Of a stretch of DNA of 64,000 nt, positions 1 to 12,300 are shown piece by piece. Origin of the DNA: Glaucostegus cemiculus. Taxonomy: Eukaryota. The DNA lies in assembly GCA_976551045.1 (NCBI GenBank), contig CDPCPM010000011.1:19592001-19656000 (forward strand). The letters are read 5' to 3'. The notes beneath the pieces were generated by a model that did not search any database, was not told where the DNA came from, and was given only the letters and a program-made list of their open reading frames with translations. A program made the translations under genes and the position numbers. The number at the start of each line of letters is the position of its first letter. Position 1 is the first letter of the stretch.

Positions 1-2542
1 CAAATCAGTCAGTACGTATGTGATTCCAGCACTTTAGGTAATTGAAAGGTATGGTGGTTATTGCTCTGTCCTGCTACATTCAAAACAGGATTGAAGAAAG
101 AGTAACGCAATACAAAAGCCTACTTCAATAAATAGAGAAAGTTTTTTTTTAAAACCTCAGCAATAACTTGTGTTAGTGTACAGGGTAGGTCGCTCCATAA
201 CAGCATTTTCCATACCTGGAAATCAAACATTGTGACTTATGGTTTTCATTCTGTGCTAAATAGTCCTTGCATAAAGGAGCCTTCCTGTAAGAGAGCACTC
301 TCACTTTCATTGTTTCATTACGATGTATAAAAGCTTACACAATGTTGCTCCATATTAAATGGGAAATGAATGTTATAATTTTCCCACTGAAATTATACAA
401 GTTGTCTCTTATCCTTCTGCTCTAATCCTACTCAAAAGTGCATGGTTTAGGTTATAATCTTCGAACCAATTTTTTTCTTTAAAAAAAAATAACCAAGTGG
501 AAAATCCCCAGTTTAAATACCTGAAGTCAAACATATTTTTTTCAGGATTCCTGCTGAATTGTATCATGGGTCCAAGCAAGTGTTCTCGTGTGCTTTCATT
601 TTGTGCCTCTGTGGCATACTGGAAGTGTCCCAAGTGACAGTGCTGATTAGTAACGTGAAGAGAAAACATTAAGCATCATTAATTTTGCTAATGTATGTAG
701 TAGTAATCAGAAAATCACATCTGAAGTACCATTTCACAAATAAACAATCTGTCTAATTAGGCTTTGGATAGCTTATGCAGCAAGTTGAAATTCTGGGATA
801 ACTCTGTGAATAAGGATAACTTTGAAGGCTTTAAAATTCAAATGGGAAGCAGCAGACTTGTTGCTATGCATGAAGGGTGTGAACAATGAAGCATGACCGG
901 GGACCCATATGGAATGGATGAATTGTGACATTGTAGTCTGCTAGACAACAGATGAAAACATAGTCTCCATGGTGATGAACCTCAAAGTGGTAGTGATAGC
1001 AAAGGACCACAGAAGAAAATCAAAATGGATGAGGGGGATAGTATTGGGAGATCAGCACATGAAACTACTCTGCCAAGAATTTTGTCACTGAACAAGAGAT
1101 TGTGTGTTTACCATATCAAAAAGAGAGATCAAGGGGAAAGCAAACTTCATGAAGCAAGTGACCCTTCTGGAAATACTAATGTTTAAAAAAAAGCTATGAG
1201 TAAATACAATAAATGTTCTTCAAAAAATTTAATCTAGTTTCATGTCATATCTTCACTTGTAATGTATTTTTTCACTTCAACATATCTGGTATGGATAAAA
1301 AATATTGTTAAATGGTTCCAGGGATCAGAATCCATAACCAGGATACTGTGGTCCTGAGAAATTCAGTCTGGAAATCTCCCATGTATAGTACCTACATATT
1401 AGTGCAGAGCAAATGCTACTGGATTGCAGGATTTTAAAAATTATTTCCTCATTTTGCAAAATAAAAAAAGACAAAGTACTTTATATCCTTCCTAATAATG
1501 TTGAACTCTGGATAGCACCTGTAATACAAAGGTTCAAATATATGATTGTACCTCTGAAGGAGTTTTTCAGGCTCAACTTCATATACACCGTTGTTGGTAA
1601 AATAGAAGAACCTCTGAACATGCCAAAATTATTTTTTTGTCTGCTTATGAAGCTGCAATCAATTGGACATTTGTTTTGGGAACCAGCTTACATAGTTTAG
1701 ATTTTACAAATGTTTCATACTGTTGCCAGTTGGACAATAGATGCAACAAGAGCTAACTGGCTAGGGTTATCAGCTTGTTCTATTTTGGTAAAAGAGTTTC
1801 TGAAACATGAATGATGTTTGATGGTAACATCAGTGTTCCAGTATTTAGCTTTTAAACTCAGTGTCTTGAGTATCTTAAATCATCTTTAAATAACAGACAG
1901 ACATGGGAATACAGATAACCTAATTTTGCAGTAATCAATTTAAAGTGATAGTTTAAATTGTAAATGTTAAGATTCAAGTGGCATTAAACAAAATTGATTT
2001 CATTGACCGTAGTGATTTAAAAATTGCTATGTGAGGAAAACTTTTTCAAAATACTGTAAACAATTTAAGAAGCTGTCTAATTAAAGTTGAATTTCTATAA
2101 AAAAAAAAGAGAATCAGCAGTTAGGGGAAATTCACAGTTTGTCTTTCTCTTGTTTCTGCTTTTTTACCCTCCCTCTCCCCCCCCCCCCCCCCCCACTCCA
2201 CCACATACCCTCCAGGATGAGAGGTAATGATGAATGTTGGCAGCCATTTGTATCTAACACAAATGGCATTTCTTTACAAAGGAATGTTGGTGCAGATATC
2301 TATGTAGCAACTTGATTTGCACGGTCCTGCTCCACAACAATTATAACCTATGATTAAGTCATCCTTGATTTCAAGGAGAAGGATAACACCCAATCAAGTA
2401 GTGAAACTCTCAAATAGTGTTTCATAGAATTTGTCTCTCATCTCTAAGATGTTATTAATTGGCATGGTTGGCTGGATTCATGTAACAGGGAATATTGCAT
2501 TGTCAAAATGAATAATATCAATGAATTTGTTGCACTTTACAG

Positions 2543-2652
2543 ACCCAGGAAGCTTTGTTTACCCTTTCTGCAATGACTGCTGGAATTCGACGGAATTGGA
2601 TGCAGGCATTAATGAAAAATATCCGTCCTTCAACCGCACCAGATGTTGCCAG
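2543..2652 (+). CDS. MPRIP: MPRIP-family coding exon (end of second PH domain)
   Basis: ttacag| acceptor and AG|gtatga donor. Translates TQEALFTLSAMTAGIRRNWMQALMKNIRPSTAPDVA(S), matching the MPRIP/TRIOBP PH C-terminus (FTLSAMTSGIRRNW...APDV). 110 nt, phase 0 to 2. Confidence 0.93.
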
Positions 2653-2939
2653 GTATGAATCTATTTCAATGTTACCCTTCACTTGAGTGCTGAATAAGTT
2701 CTATTATGTTCATTTAAGAAAATGGTCCATTGATAAAATGTGTAAGAGTATGCTGTCCATTTTGAAGGACTTCATTAAAAAAAAATTTTAGTTGTGATCC
2801 CAAGCATTTTTGTGGTGCCACAGCTTTTTTCCTATCTATCCAATCAGTATTGTGGCAATGCCACTAACTGAATTATTTAATACAAAAATGTACATATAAT
2901 TATGTTATGGAATCTCATGTTAGTATTTTTCCTTATCAG

Positions 2940-3501
2940 TTTACCAGAAGAACAATGTGTTGTGATGCTCCCGGATACAACTCCACATTATGACAGCAAA
3001 TCGGATTCTCCATCATCTGAAACATCATCTGTGGATAAAGAGACAGGGCAGCGAAAAAGCCGAGCTCGTGAAAGGAGGAGAGAGGGAAGATCAAAAACTT
3101 TTGATTGGGCAGAATTCAGGCCAATTGCACAAGCGTTAGCACAGGAAAGAGCATCAAAGTCAGATATACATGACAGCCATTCAGAGAGATTCGGTTCACC
3201 TCTGTCAGACCTGAATGAATGGGAACGGACTAAACGCCGTGAGGAACGTAGAAAAAGATATGAGGCTGTGGCTGGAGCAGCAGGTTCAAGTTCAGCTGAT
3301 GCAAGCAAGATCGAATTTGAAGCGGCCAGTTCCTCACCGCCACTGGACCGGAGGCAGAAGGTGCATGATGAAATTGAAGAGCACTGGCAACAGGTAGAAC
3401 GGACACCCATCCGGGAAGAAAGGCGGGTTCCCCTGGCAACAGTACTTCCAAGTTCACAAATGTCACAGATTGATAAGCTGCTGGAAGCCCATACAAAAGA
3501 G
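2940..3501 (+). CDS. MPRIP: MPRIP-family coding exon (post-PH linker with RSKTFDWAEFRP motif)
   Basis: ttatcag| acceptor and GAG|gtaacc donor, inside ORF 2902..3555. Encodes SLPEE...SRARERRREGRSKTFDWAEFRPIAQALAQER...RRREERRKRY...VHDEIEEHWQQVERTPIREE, diagnostic of MPRIP. 562 nt, phase 2 to 0. Confidence 0.95.
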
Positions 3502-3999
3502 GTAACCAAAATGTACATTACTCCCTTTTTTAAACAAAAACTGCAAGGTGGTTAGTTGCTAAATATAAAATATTACACTCACTTGCTCTTTGAACTTGAG
3601 CAACAATGTATATCTGCTAGTAGTATGACAAAGAAGATGGAAATTCACAAAATGCTGGTGTCAAAGGAATGAAGTGTTTGAGCCAGGAGAGGCTAAAAGT
3701 CAGTGGCTTCTAGTGGAAGGTAGCAGGTGGAATGACACTAACTTAACAGCCTGAGAATTTTAAGTGGCAGGTATTGGATCACTCGGAGTCAACATAAGTC
3801 GATGAGATCCAGATAAAAGATGATTGGGATTTAGTACCGATTAGAATACAGGTAGCAGAGTTCTAGGTAACCTGACCTTCACAAACGGTCAAGGATGGGA
3901 GAAGACCTAAGAAGGCTTTAGAATGATTGATTCTGATGGTTACAAGGTCAGTAGTAGTTTCCTGAGTAAAAGCCCAGGGAGTAATTTCCATATTTATTT

Positions 4000-4290
4000 A
4001 CAGCATAGAAGAAAGCCATTTTGGTCCAGCAAGTCTGCTGTCTCGGTGAACAACCTGTTCCCCAGTAATTTTTCTTGTAACCTATTCTCCCACATTCCCA
4101 TCAACTCCCACCCAGATTATACAACTCAACTGTACACTAGGGGCAATTTACAGTGACGAAATAACCCACTATTCTGGACGTCTTTGGGATGCAGGAGAAA
4201 ACTAGTGTACCTGAGGGAAGCATCACACAGAGAGAACTGAAAGTCTGGATTGAACTTGGCTGTCGGAGCTTTGAAGCACCAGCTGTGCCG
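4000..4290 (-). mobile_element. Old HE1/V-SINE copy with CR1-type tail
   Basis: Degenerate reverse-complement of the V-domain SINE (gtctttgggatgcaggagaaaactag...tggattgaacttgg), with a CR1-like 3' end at about 4000-4040. Boundaries approximate. Confidence 0.6.
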
Positions 4291-4392
4291 TTCTGTACCT
4301 CAATACCTTAACTTAAGCTAAGTACTTAGAAATATGTAAAGTGTTACTGAAGGCTACTTTCACTTCTATACACTGATTCATTGTTTCCCTAG

Positions 4393-4530
4393 CTTGAAGA
4401 ATTGAAAACCCAGTTGGAGCATTGCAAGCAGGAATTAGTGGAGTCTCAAAAGTACAAAGTGGAGCTTGAAGCGCAACTGAAGGCTAGTTTAGAACGTGAG
4501 CAACAGATTCGTTCTGGTTACATCTCCCAG
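4393..4530 (+). CDS. MPRIP: MPRIP-family coding exon (start of coiled coil)
   Basis: ttccctag| acceptor and CAG|gtaaga donor. LEELKTQLEHCKQELVESQKYKVELEAQLKASLEREQQIRSGYISQ corresponds to MPRIP ...QLRVALGREQSAREGYVLQ. 138 nt, phase 0-0. Confidence 0.9.
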
Positions 4531-4899
4531 GTAAGAGGAAAAGAAGCCCTGTTCTGTACAGGCATGTCTCCCTTTTGACATGTAGAGAACCCTACCCTCC
4601 CTTATGAACCCCTTGCATGTTTTGTGAACTGACAACTTACCAAAATTTTTTTTTAAATGCATGGACTGCTGCATGACAACATGAAAAATCATTGGTGCTT
4701 TTATACCATTATTAGCAAATTTTAATGTTTATGGGGCAAAATAACATTAGTAAAGTATCATATGGAGGAGAAATTTGAGTATTTTAGTAGTTAGTAGATT
4801 TTAGATATACACAACCTATTAAAATCCTAGGCAATTAAAAATTGGTCTTCAGGTGCTAAAATACCACTTTATGACAAATAATGAATTGAATTTGAAACA

Positions 4900-6420
4900 A
4901 ATTAAGCAGAAAATTCTGAAAATTTGCAGCAGGTTGGGCATGAGATATTACATTCCAAGCCGATGACCTTTCAACGTACCTGGAAGAAATTTGAGAATAA
5001 AAACACATTTTTAGATGCAGAAAAATAGGAAAGGGGAGAACAGCATAGTTTGGAAGGTCTGTGATGGGAAAGAATGAGGGAGAGATGGAATCACAAAAAG
5101 GATGATGGAGAACAGAAAGTGGGTGGTAGTGGGGCAAGTAAAGAAACAAAAGGGCAGCTAATGTAGGTGTAAATGGAAGTTGTGTAATTATTATCTGAAA
5201 TTGAAAATAATAAAAGAAAACACTGGAAATCGAAAACAAAAACAGAAGATGCCTGAAATACTCAGCAGCTCAGGCTGTATCTGTGGGAAGAGAAACTGTC
5301 AATGTTTGAGGCTGAAGATCCTTTGTCAGAACTGAAAAGAAGACAAAAGAAGCTCCTAAAGTTGCAGGGAGGCTGTGGGAGGTCACCCATCATCAACCTG
5401 CTTTCGCCCCATCAAAGGCGTGTCTTCCCCCCACCCTCCCTGTAGCTTTGCAAGCTTCTTTGTCTTTTTAGATTTGAAAGGATCTTCAACCTGAAATTTG
5501 ACACTGTTTCTCTTCCCATAGATGCAACTTGACCTGCTGAGTATTTCCAGCATTTTCTATTTTTGTTTTATTATCTGAGATTATTTTACTTGGGGTTGAG
5601 TCCAGAAACTTGTCTTCTGCCTGGTTGGTAGAAGAACTGCTGTTCCTTGAGACATTGTATTGCATAGGAACAGTATAGGAGCATTGAAGATAGAGAGGTT
5701 AATGTGGGTGTGGGATTGGATTACTAAAATGACAGATGACCAGAAGGCCAAGATCATGCTAGAAGAATAAATTTAGGATGATCACTAAATTTTTGTTTAA
5801 TTTCCTTGTTCTTGAGGTGGCCACATCTTGAGCAGTGAGTACAGTGTGCTAACTTGAAACAAATGCAACTAATTTCCATCTTCACCTGGAAAGTATATTT
5901 GGTTCAATGGACAGTGCTAAAGCCAGGTGTTGCCACGTGCCATGGGAAGTGGAAAATGTGTGGAGGTGATCAAGAAGTGAACCTGTGTAACCTGGAAGAA
6001 ATGGTTCCTTCTCAGTATTGAAGGGGAATGGAAGCACTGATGTCTTTAGTGTTTGCATAAAAATGAAGTTGTCAGAAATTGCTGACGTTCCTGTATTGTA
6101 ATGTCATTCATTGTTGGTTGGAAGATTAGGGATGGAGAATGTTTTCCTGCTGGAAAGGAAGTGAAAGGCACGAGAGCAGATGTGTGGAAAGTAGAGCAAA
6201 CACCATCTGAAGTATAATCAAGTATGGAGGGGAATTCTCAACTGAGAAGAAATAGATACAACAGTAATGGAGAATTAGGAGAAAGGAATACATTCTGCAC
6301 TGGAATTGGGATGGAAATGTGGTTTATTGTGGATGTTCGACACTAACCTATCCCTTGAAATAAAGTTGGAGGTCAGTAAGAGAAGGAGCGAGTAAGACAT
6401 GAACCCATATTAAGGTGCAA
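4900..6420 (-). mobile_element. Decayed Penelope-like retroelement (GIY-YIG remnant), interrupted by a hairpin element
   Basis: The minus strand at about 5815-5905 reads like P.YTFQVKMEISCICFKLAHCTHCSRCGH, a decayed form of the PLE GIY-YIG motif FQVKQRFTCTSSNLVYCIRCSxCG. A pLTR-type end lies at about 4900-4980. Boundaries approximate. Confidence 0.6.
5233..5569. repeat. Fold-back element with ~140-bp inverted arms, derived from Penelope pLTR ends
   Basis: Left arm aaaacaaaaacagaagatgcctgaaatactcagcagctcagg...gggaggctgtgggag pairs with right arm cccaccctccctgtag...gacctgctgagtatttccagcattttctatttttgtttt. Confidence 0.8.
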
Positions 6421-6562
6421 AACTGAAGTTTGGTTCATTTTATTAGCGTGTGGAAGCTAATCTTCAGTTTATCAATGTTCAAACATGTGATTGAGAGGTG
6501 CAGGATTTCTTTTCCTTCAATTTTATTTCTATTGCTACTCTAATTTTTCTCAGTCTTCCAAC

Positions 6563-6628
6563 TGTTATGAAGTAGCTTACTATAGGCTTACTATAGCTTA
6601 CTATTCTTTTGTTGCTGGTTTCGTAACA
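6563..6628 (+). mobile_element. 66-bp internally deleted derivative of the LTR at 26803-27620
   Basis: Begins TGTTATGAAGTAGCTTACTA (20/20 identical to the LTR 5' end) and ends TTCTTTTGTTGCTGGTTTCGTAACA (21/25 to the LTR 3' end). Flanked by 4-bp TSD CAAC at 6559-6562 and 6629-6632. Confidence 0.85.
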
Positions 6629-7949
6629 CAACACAATGAGCAAAATATCTTTGGTGTATGGCCTTTGTTGTGTAAATGGAAGAATCTGAACAAGGAAGGA
6701 ATATTTTACAGAAGTCGTGCTGTTATCATGTTTTATAACATTTCCTGTAACTAGCTTGTTCTACGCTAACAAAATCTGAATTAATGGATTATGAGTAGAA
6801 ACTTTGACAAAATGTCAAGTACTTTGCTGGTACCTAAAAGTAGACAGAATTGAAATGTTATGGCAATTGTTTCATCTAAGTTTTTGACAAGATGGTTTTA
6901 TTCAGAAAATGACATGATTCCAATACCTATTTCAATGGCTCAGCACAGAAAAAGTCAAACTTGAAAACATTCTGACAACTGGCAATCTTGGAGCATACTT
7001 GAATTTCAGCCTTTGTATTATTTTAGGCTCTTTATAAAGTTTGATCAAAATAAATTTTGGGTAACTTTGGCTTGATTAATCTGTAATTTAGAGGACCTTT
7101 CTGATTACTTTTAATGATTAATCTGTGGATTAACTTCAAAAATCTATTTAAAATCATAGCTGTCTCTAGTAATACTGTGACATTGTTTATTTCACACCAA
7201 AAAGGTCTCAAATTCTTAGTTATCTGGCAGTCATGTGAATGAAATGAACTCTAAAGCATACTATTATCTCAGTTTTCAGTTATTGACCCATCACCAAAAA
7301 TAATTTATTGTTTCAAGGCAGGGAATGTTTGTTCATTGTATGTTATTTTAGTTATTGCAGATAATATTAGCCTAAATTAGTCTGAAAATTTAATTTAGTT
7401 AGATATTTTATTAAACAAACAAATGCACCAGAATTTTTTATTGGAAAAAATATATTGAAAAAATTAATCCATTCAAAATTGTGATGGATGATTTAAGAAG
7501 ATGGTTGTGGTAAAACTTCAACTTTGGAGTTTTTGTTCTGGCTACATATATTGTCACCAGTCTGTGTTCTGTAACCAGACAGACCTTGTTCATGATTTAA
7601 ACTATTAATTAAATTAAGCAAATAAATACTTAACAATACAGTTAACATTTTACTACCCATCTCTTAAAAAGGAGCACAAGGTTAGTATTTAATTGCTAAG
7701 TTGATGTATAAATAATTTTATGTGTCTGCAGATTTTTTGTAATCATTTATCTGCTACTGTAGCCAGTTAGTAATAATTGACTGCATCTGAACAATAATCA
7801 AAGGATTATTTGATGCTTCATTTTATATTTCCAAAATTATTGTCAAAGTTTGACTTTCATGATGATTTTTAAAACCTAAAAGTCAATGTTTCTTGAAATT
7901 AGGGGACCTGCTGCCAATATAAATTAAAAAGATACTTTCAATTTGATGT

Positions 7950-8337
7950 GATATCTTTATTAGTTGCATGTACATCGAAATACACAGTGAAATGCATCTT
8001 CTGCATAGAGTGTTCTGGGGGTAGCCTGCAAGTGTCGCCATGCTTCCGGTGCCAACATAGCATGTCCACAACTTCCTAACCAATACGTCTTTGGAATGTG
8101 GGAGGAAACAGGAGCACCCAGAGGAAACCCACACAGACACCTGAAGAGAATGTACAAACTCCTTACAGACAGCGGCAAAATTGAACCCAGGTTGCTGGCG
8201 ATCACAAGATCACAAGACAAGGGAGTAGAAGTAGGCCGTTTGGCCCACCGATTCTGCTCCAAAGGGAAGGGGGGTGGGGGGTAAAGAAAGAAAAAAAAAA
8301 GTTGTAATAGCATTGCATTAACCACTACACTACCATG
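7950..8337 (-). mobile_element. tRNA-derived V-SINE (young subfamily) with a ~100-bp insertion at 8201-8300
   Basis: Highly similar to 35937-36229 and 61527-61830. Has a Pol III B-box (GGTTCAATT on minus) and the V-domain GGGTTTCCTCTGGGTGCTCCTGTTTCCTCCCACATTCCAAAGAC. Confidence 0.85.
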
Positions 8338-8649
8338 ATCGTATATAAATATTAAATGCTGTAGATGAAATAATTGCACAGTTGATGCACACAATTATAA
8401 GTGACACAAGTTATGATCAATGAAAAATAATTTTAAGAAGATATTAATGAAAGTTTGCTTCTAATGTCTATTAAACAAAGTTAAGTGGGCTTTTTTTTTT
8501 ACCAATGCCGTCATTAGAATGGGGTACCATAGAATTATGTTAAGGTTTGCAACACTGAATGGTCACCTCTCATCCTAATTTCTCAATACCCTTGCTTAAA
8601 GCTATCAGCATATTTATAGGTACTTAAACTTGTCTTTTTAATTCCTTTC

Positions 8650-11600
8650 ATTATTTATAGAATCTTCTGGCACAGAAAAAGGCCCATTTTGTCTGTGTCC
8701 ATGTCAGCTGAAAAGTATCCAGCCTAGTCCTACTTCCCAGGCTGTTGTTAAAGGTTATAGTACAGAAAGTGCTCAAGCAATGTTTTTTTAAATGTAGTAA
8801 GAGCTTCTGCCTCTATCACCCTTTCAGGCCATAAGTTTCAGATGCTCATCATCCTGTATTTGAAAAAAGATGTCACATCTCTCTTAAAGGAGGTGGGTCC
8901 TTTCAATTTACATGGGCCTCTCACAATTTTGCAAATCTCAATTATATCTTCCTTTAGTCTTCTCATTTCTAAACAACACTAGCTGATCAGTCTTTTCTTA
9001 TAGCTAAACTTCCACAGTCTGATGTGCTATTACGTTCTTGTATTATGGAGACTAGAATCGTACTCTGAAATCTAACCATGCTGAATTGGTATTTATGCAG
9101 TTCTAGTTCAACCTCCCTATTCGTTTATCCTTTGTCTTGAATGATGAACAAAAATATGTTGCCTTCTCAGACACCTTACATACCTGTCTGCTATCTTCAG
9201 AGATATGTAGACAAGCAACACACAAAAAATGTGAATGCAGATGTAGACAAGCGCTTAAGGTTCCTTTGTTCTTCTCTATTTCTCAGTGAAACTACTTTGG
9301 TCAAAATTCTGATACTCACTACTCAAAACTTCCATTGAAGTACTCCACCACACAATCTGCAATATTTATGAAGAACAGCCATTTGCTAGCTACATCCTCA
9401 TCTTGAGAAATGAATTTTAAAATTCCCTTAGCTTGTTTGCCTTTCCCATTTACCACTTTTTTGTCATGTGACAATCCGTGGAATATTGGATATGACAGTT
9501 TTCTTCTCCTTATCAATTGCAGAACCAACTCTTGTGTTACTTGCACACCTTTTTAAAATTATGATTGTTACATTTAAATTCAAGAACTGATCTCATGGAT
9601 CTTTTCTGATTACGTACCTGGTATTTTACATAAATCCATCTAGGCTACCTCAAATATATTATTCTCATTGATCCTCCTTATATCTTCAAAAAAACTCAAC
9701 TCTTTAATCTGCTTAATCGTTTAATCCATGCTGACTGTTAATAATTAATTTGTATTCTTCTAATTGTACCATGTTGTAGCTGGATTTAATTGTTTATCTT
9801 GTACTTGTATTCTAATACAAGTAAGAGTGTTCTAGGTGAAAGTGCAGTTGTAAATCACAAATTTCAACCCTGATGTTAAAGGAGCTTCAGGATTTAATAT
9901 TGTTGGAATTACCAAAGGTGGCAATATTCAGTTCAAGTTCAGACTTGCAGAATTTGGTTTGCCAAGTGGATTTTTAGTTTCCTTAGATGGGTACTGACAA
10001 CTATGGAATGAGCATTGTGATCTATTGCTTACCACCTTAGCCAGAGAAGTAAAGAAAAATGTCAGAGTTTTTGCTGTGGCCTCCCTTGTTTTGCTTAACA
10101 GTTGAGATGTATTTAATTTAGATTTAGCGACTTATCTACTTCCAGAGGTTCTAAAACCCTTGCAGCACATTTATCTCACCATTGTTACAGATTCCTCTTC
10201 AACTGCAAGGTCTGTACCACACACCCCTTTTAAAGGCACTTGTAAAATATTCACCTAGAGCCATATCCTTTTGTTTTTGCATCCACCTGCAAGTTATTTC
10301 TGATGGGCACTATTCTTTCTTTAGTTATCTTGTTGTTTCTTTATTTGAAAAAGGTCTTTGGATTTTCCTTTGACAATGTCTTTATGCCCTCTCTTTATTG
10401 CCTGGTTTAGCATTTCACTTTGCACTCTCCGTTCTGTTTCCTGCAGTATTAAGCTCTCAGTTTCTGACATCAGGTTCCCTATTTAAGCCTTCCCTGCATG
10501 CTCCATTGTATCTGAGGCATGATGCCTGTGACTTAAACCTTGCATATTTATGGAAATCTGTTTGCTCTCAACCCTCAATATATTTTCCTTGAATACCTCA
10601 CACTACTCCTGATGCTTTAAGCAGCTGTTTCCAGTCTACTTTTGCTAAATCACATCTTGGTTTTCTGAAATTAATCTTTCTCCAGTTGAAAACTTTTAAA
10701 GTAGATCAGCTTTTGCCTTTTTTTCATGAATATGCTGAATCTAACACAATTATTGTCTTAAAAATGCTGTTCCACAATTAATGTTTTTTTTCCCCTGAAA
10801 TGGAGCCCATAACTGTTGTCTTGCTTGTTGAGCTTACAATATGTAGTCTAAAAAAAATCTTCATAATGCTTTTTTAAGAATTTTTTAAATATATATTGAT
10901 TACTATTAAACCAGTTGGAATTTCCTCCTAGTGCTGGTTTTGTTCAGTAAATATTTTACATATTTATTCTTCCAGTTCTCTTTGAATGTATGGCATCTAT
11001 GATATATTCCTAACAGTGTGATTGCCTCTTTTTGTTTCTTAGATATTCAATCCTTCAAACATATTACCCTAATCAAAACTGTAATTGTTTCTTTAAATAA
11101 TGTTGCAAAACTATAAAAATCCATTTATAATTCCATCCCACATCCAAAAACCCCACAATCAGAATTGCTGAGCTTCTGCTCCTGCACTACCCTTTAAGTA
11201 GTTTAATAGATTTGATAAACAGACCCATGCGTCTTATCTGAATCCTCAGCTCACTTGCCTTATTTCCTGGGTTCCAAGCTTTGAAGTCTGTTACATTTAA
11301 TGCTGCCGTACCCTTGTTCTCTCTGCCTTTTAAAGCTGTTAACTAATTCCCTGTCTTCCATTTCTAGCATGTCTTCCATTTTTTTCTGAATCTTAGGTCT
11401 AGATGTTCATCCTCCTGCCTAGTTAGCTTCCAACATTGGCAAATTTCCCTCAATTATTTTTATTCAACTTTGGTTGAGGTCCTATCCACCTGACTTCTAC
11501 AGATTCCACCTCTTCCAGAACTGATCCCAATTCGCTAAGAAACTAAAACCATCCCTACTGCACACCCTGCTGGCAATGTATTCACAGACACTATCCTCCT

Positions 11601-12300
11601 ACTTGTGTACTCAGTGGAATGTTGCACAGCACAGTGAAGACCAACTGCTGAAGCCAGGATTTTTAATCTTTTTATGTTAGCATCATTAGAAATCATTAGA
11701 ACCTCTCCCTTCTTTCTGCCTATGCCATTAGTATTGACATGGATACAACTTTTGACAGTTGCCTCCCCTCTTCAAATCCCCACGCGCCCAGATTGTTCTG
11801 CAGACACTACGTTACATATTTGCACAAGTGAAGCAACGTGCCATCCTGACTCGTGTCTGTGGCAACAGAAACACCAGTTTTCCCTGTGACAATTGAAACT
11901 CCTATCGCTTCTGCTATTTCTCCTCCGTAACCCCATCACTAATCCTCTTTACCAGCAGCCAAGCCACTTCTGCAATTAATTTGGCTCTGTGTTCCACAAG
12001 GGTACTTATAACACTTTTCAATTGAATGCCAGATGCAGTCTGGGGTTCCTGTTCCACCTGCCCGATCTTTTTTTGCTTATTGGTCACGCATTTTCTCCCA
12101 GCTTGCACGCACTTAATCTACGGGCTGATCACCTCCAGAAATATAATTATAGCTCTTAGCCTCTCAGATACGGTGTAGCAGCCCTAGCTGCTGCTCAAGC
12201 TCTGAAAGATGAAACTCGTAAATGCAGTCCTCCAAATGATGACATTGCACCACCTCTCCATTTGTACATCAGTCAGATGTCACATGGGATTTGAGACCCC
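8650..12300 (-). mobile_element. Heavily decayed CR1 LINE fragments
   Basis: CR1-type 3' end at about 8655-8720, followed by eroded RT-, endonuclease- and ORF1-like sequence. No intact ORF and probably several pieces. Boundaries approximate. Confidence 0.5.

Noticed and set aside
230-260. TATGGTTTTCAT resembling the PH-domain YGFQIH exon
   Set aside because: The surrounding translation does not match and there are no suitable splice sites. That exon must lie upstream of the window.
2988-3518. Antisense ORFs of 176 aa here and 185 aa at 42850-43407
   Set aside because: Ser/Leu/Phe-rich shadows of Glu/Lys/Arg-rich sense coding sequence, with no independent evidence.
2902-3555. 217-aa ORF with an apparent signal peptide (MLWNLMLVFFLIS)
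   Set aside because: The hydrophobic N-terminus is the translated polypyrimidine tract. The real exon is 2940-3501.
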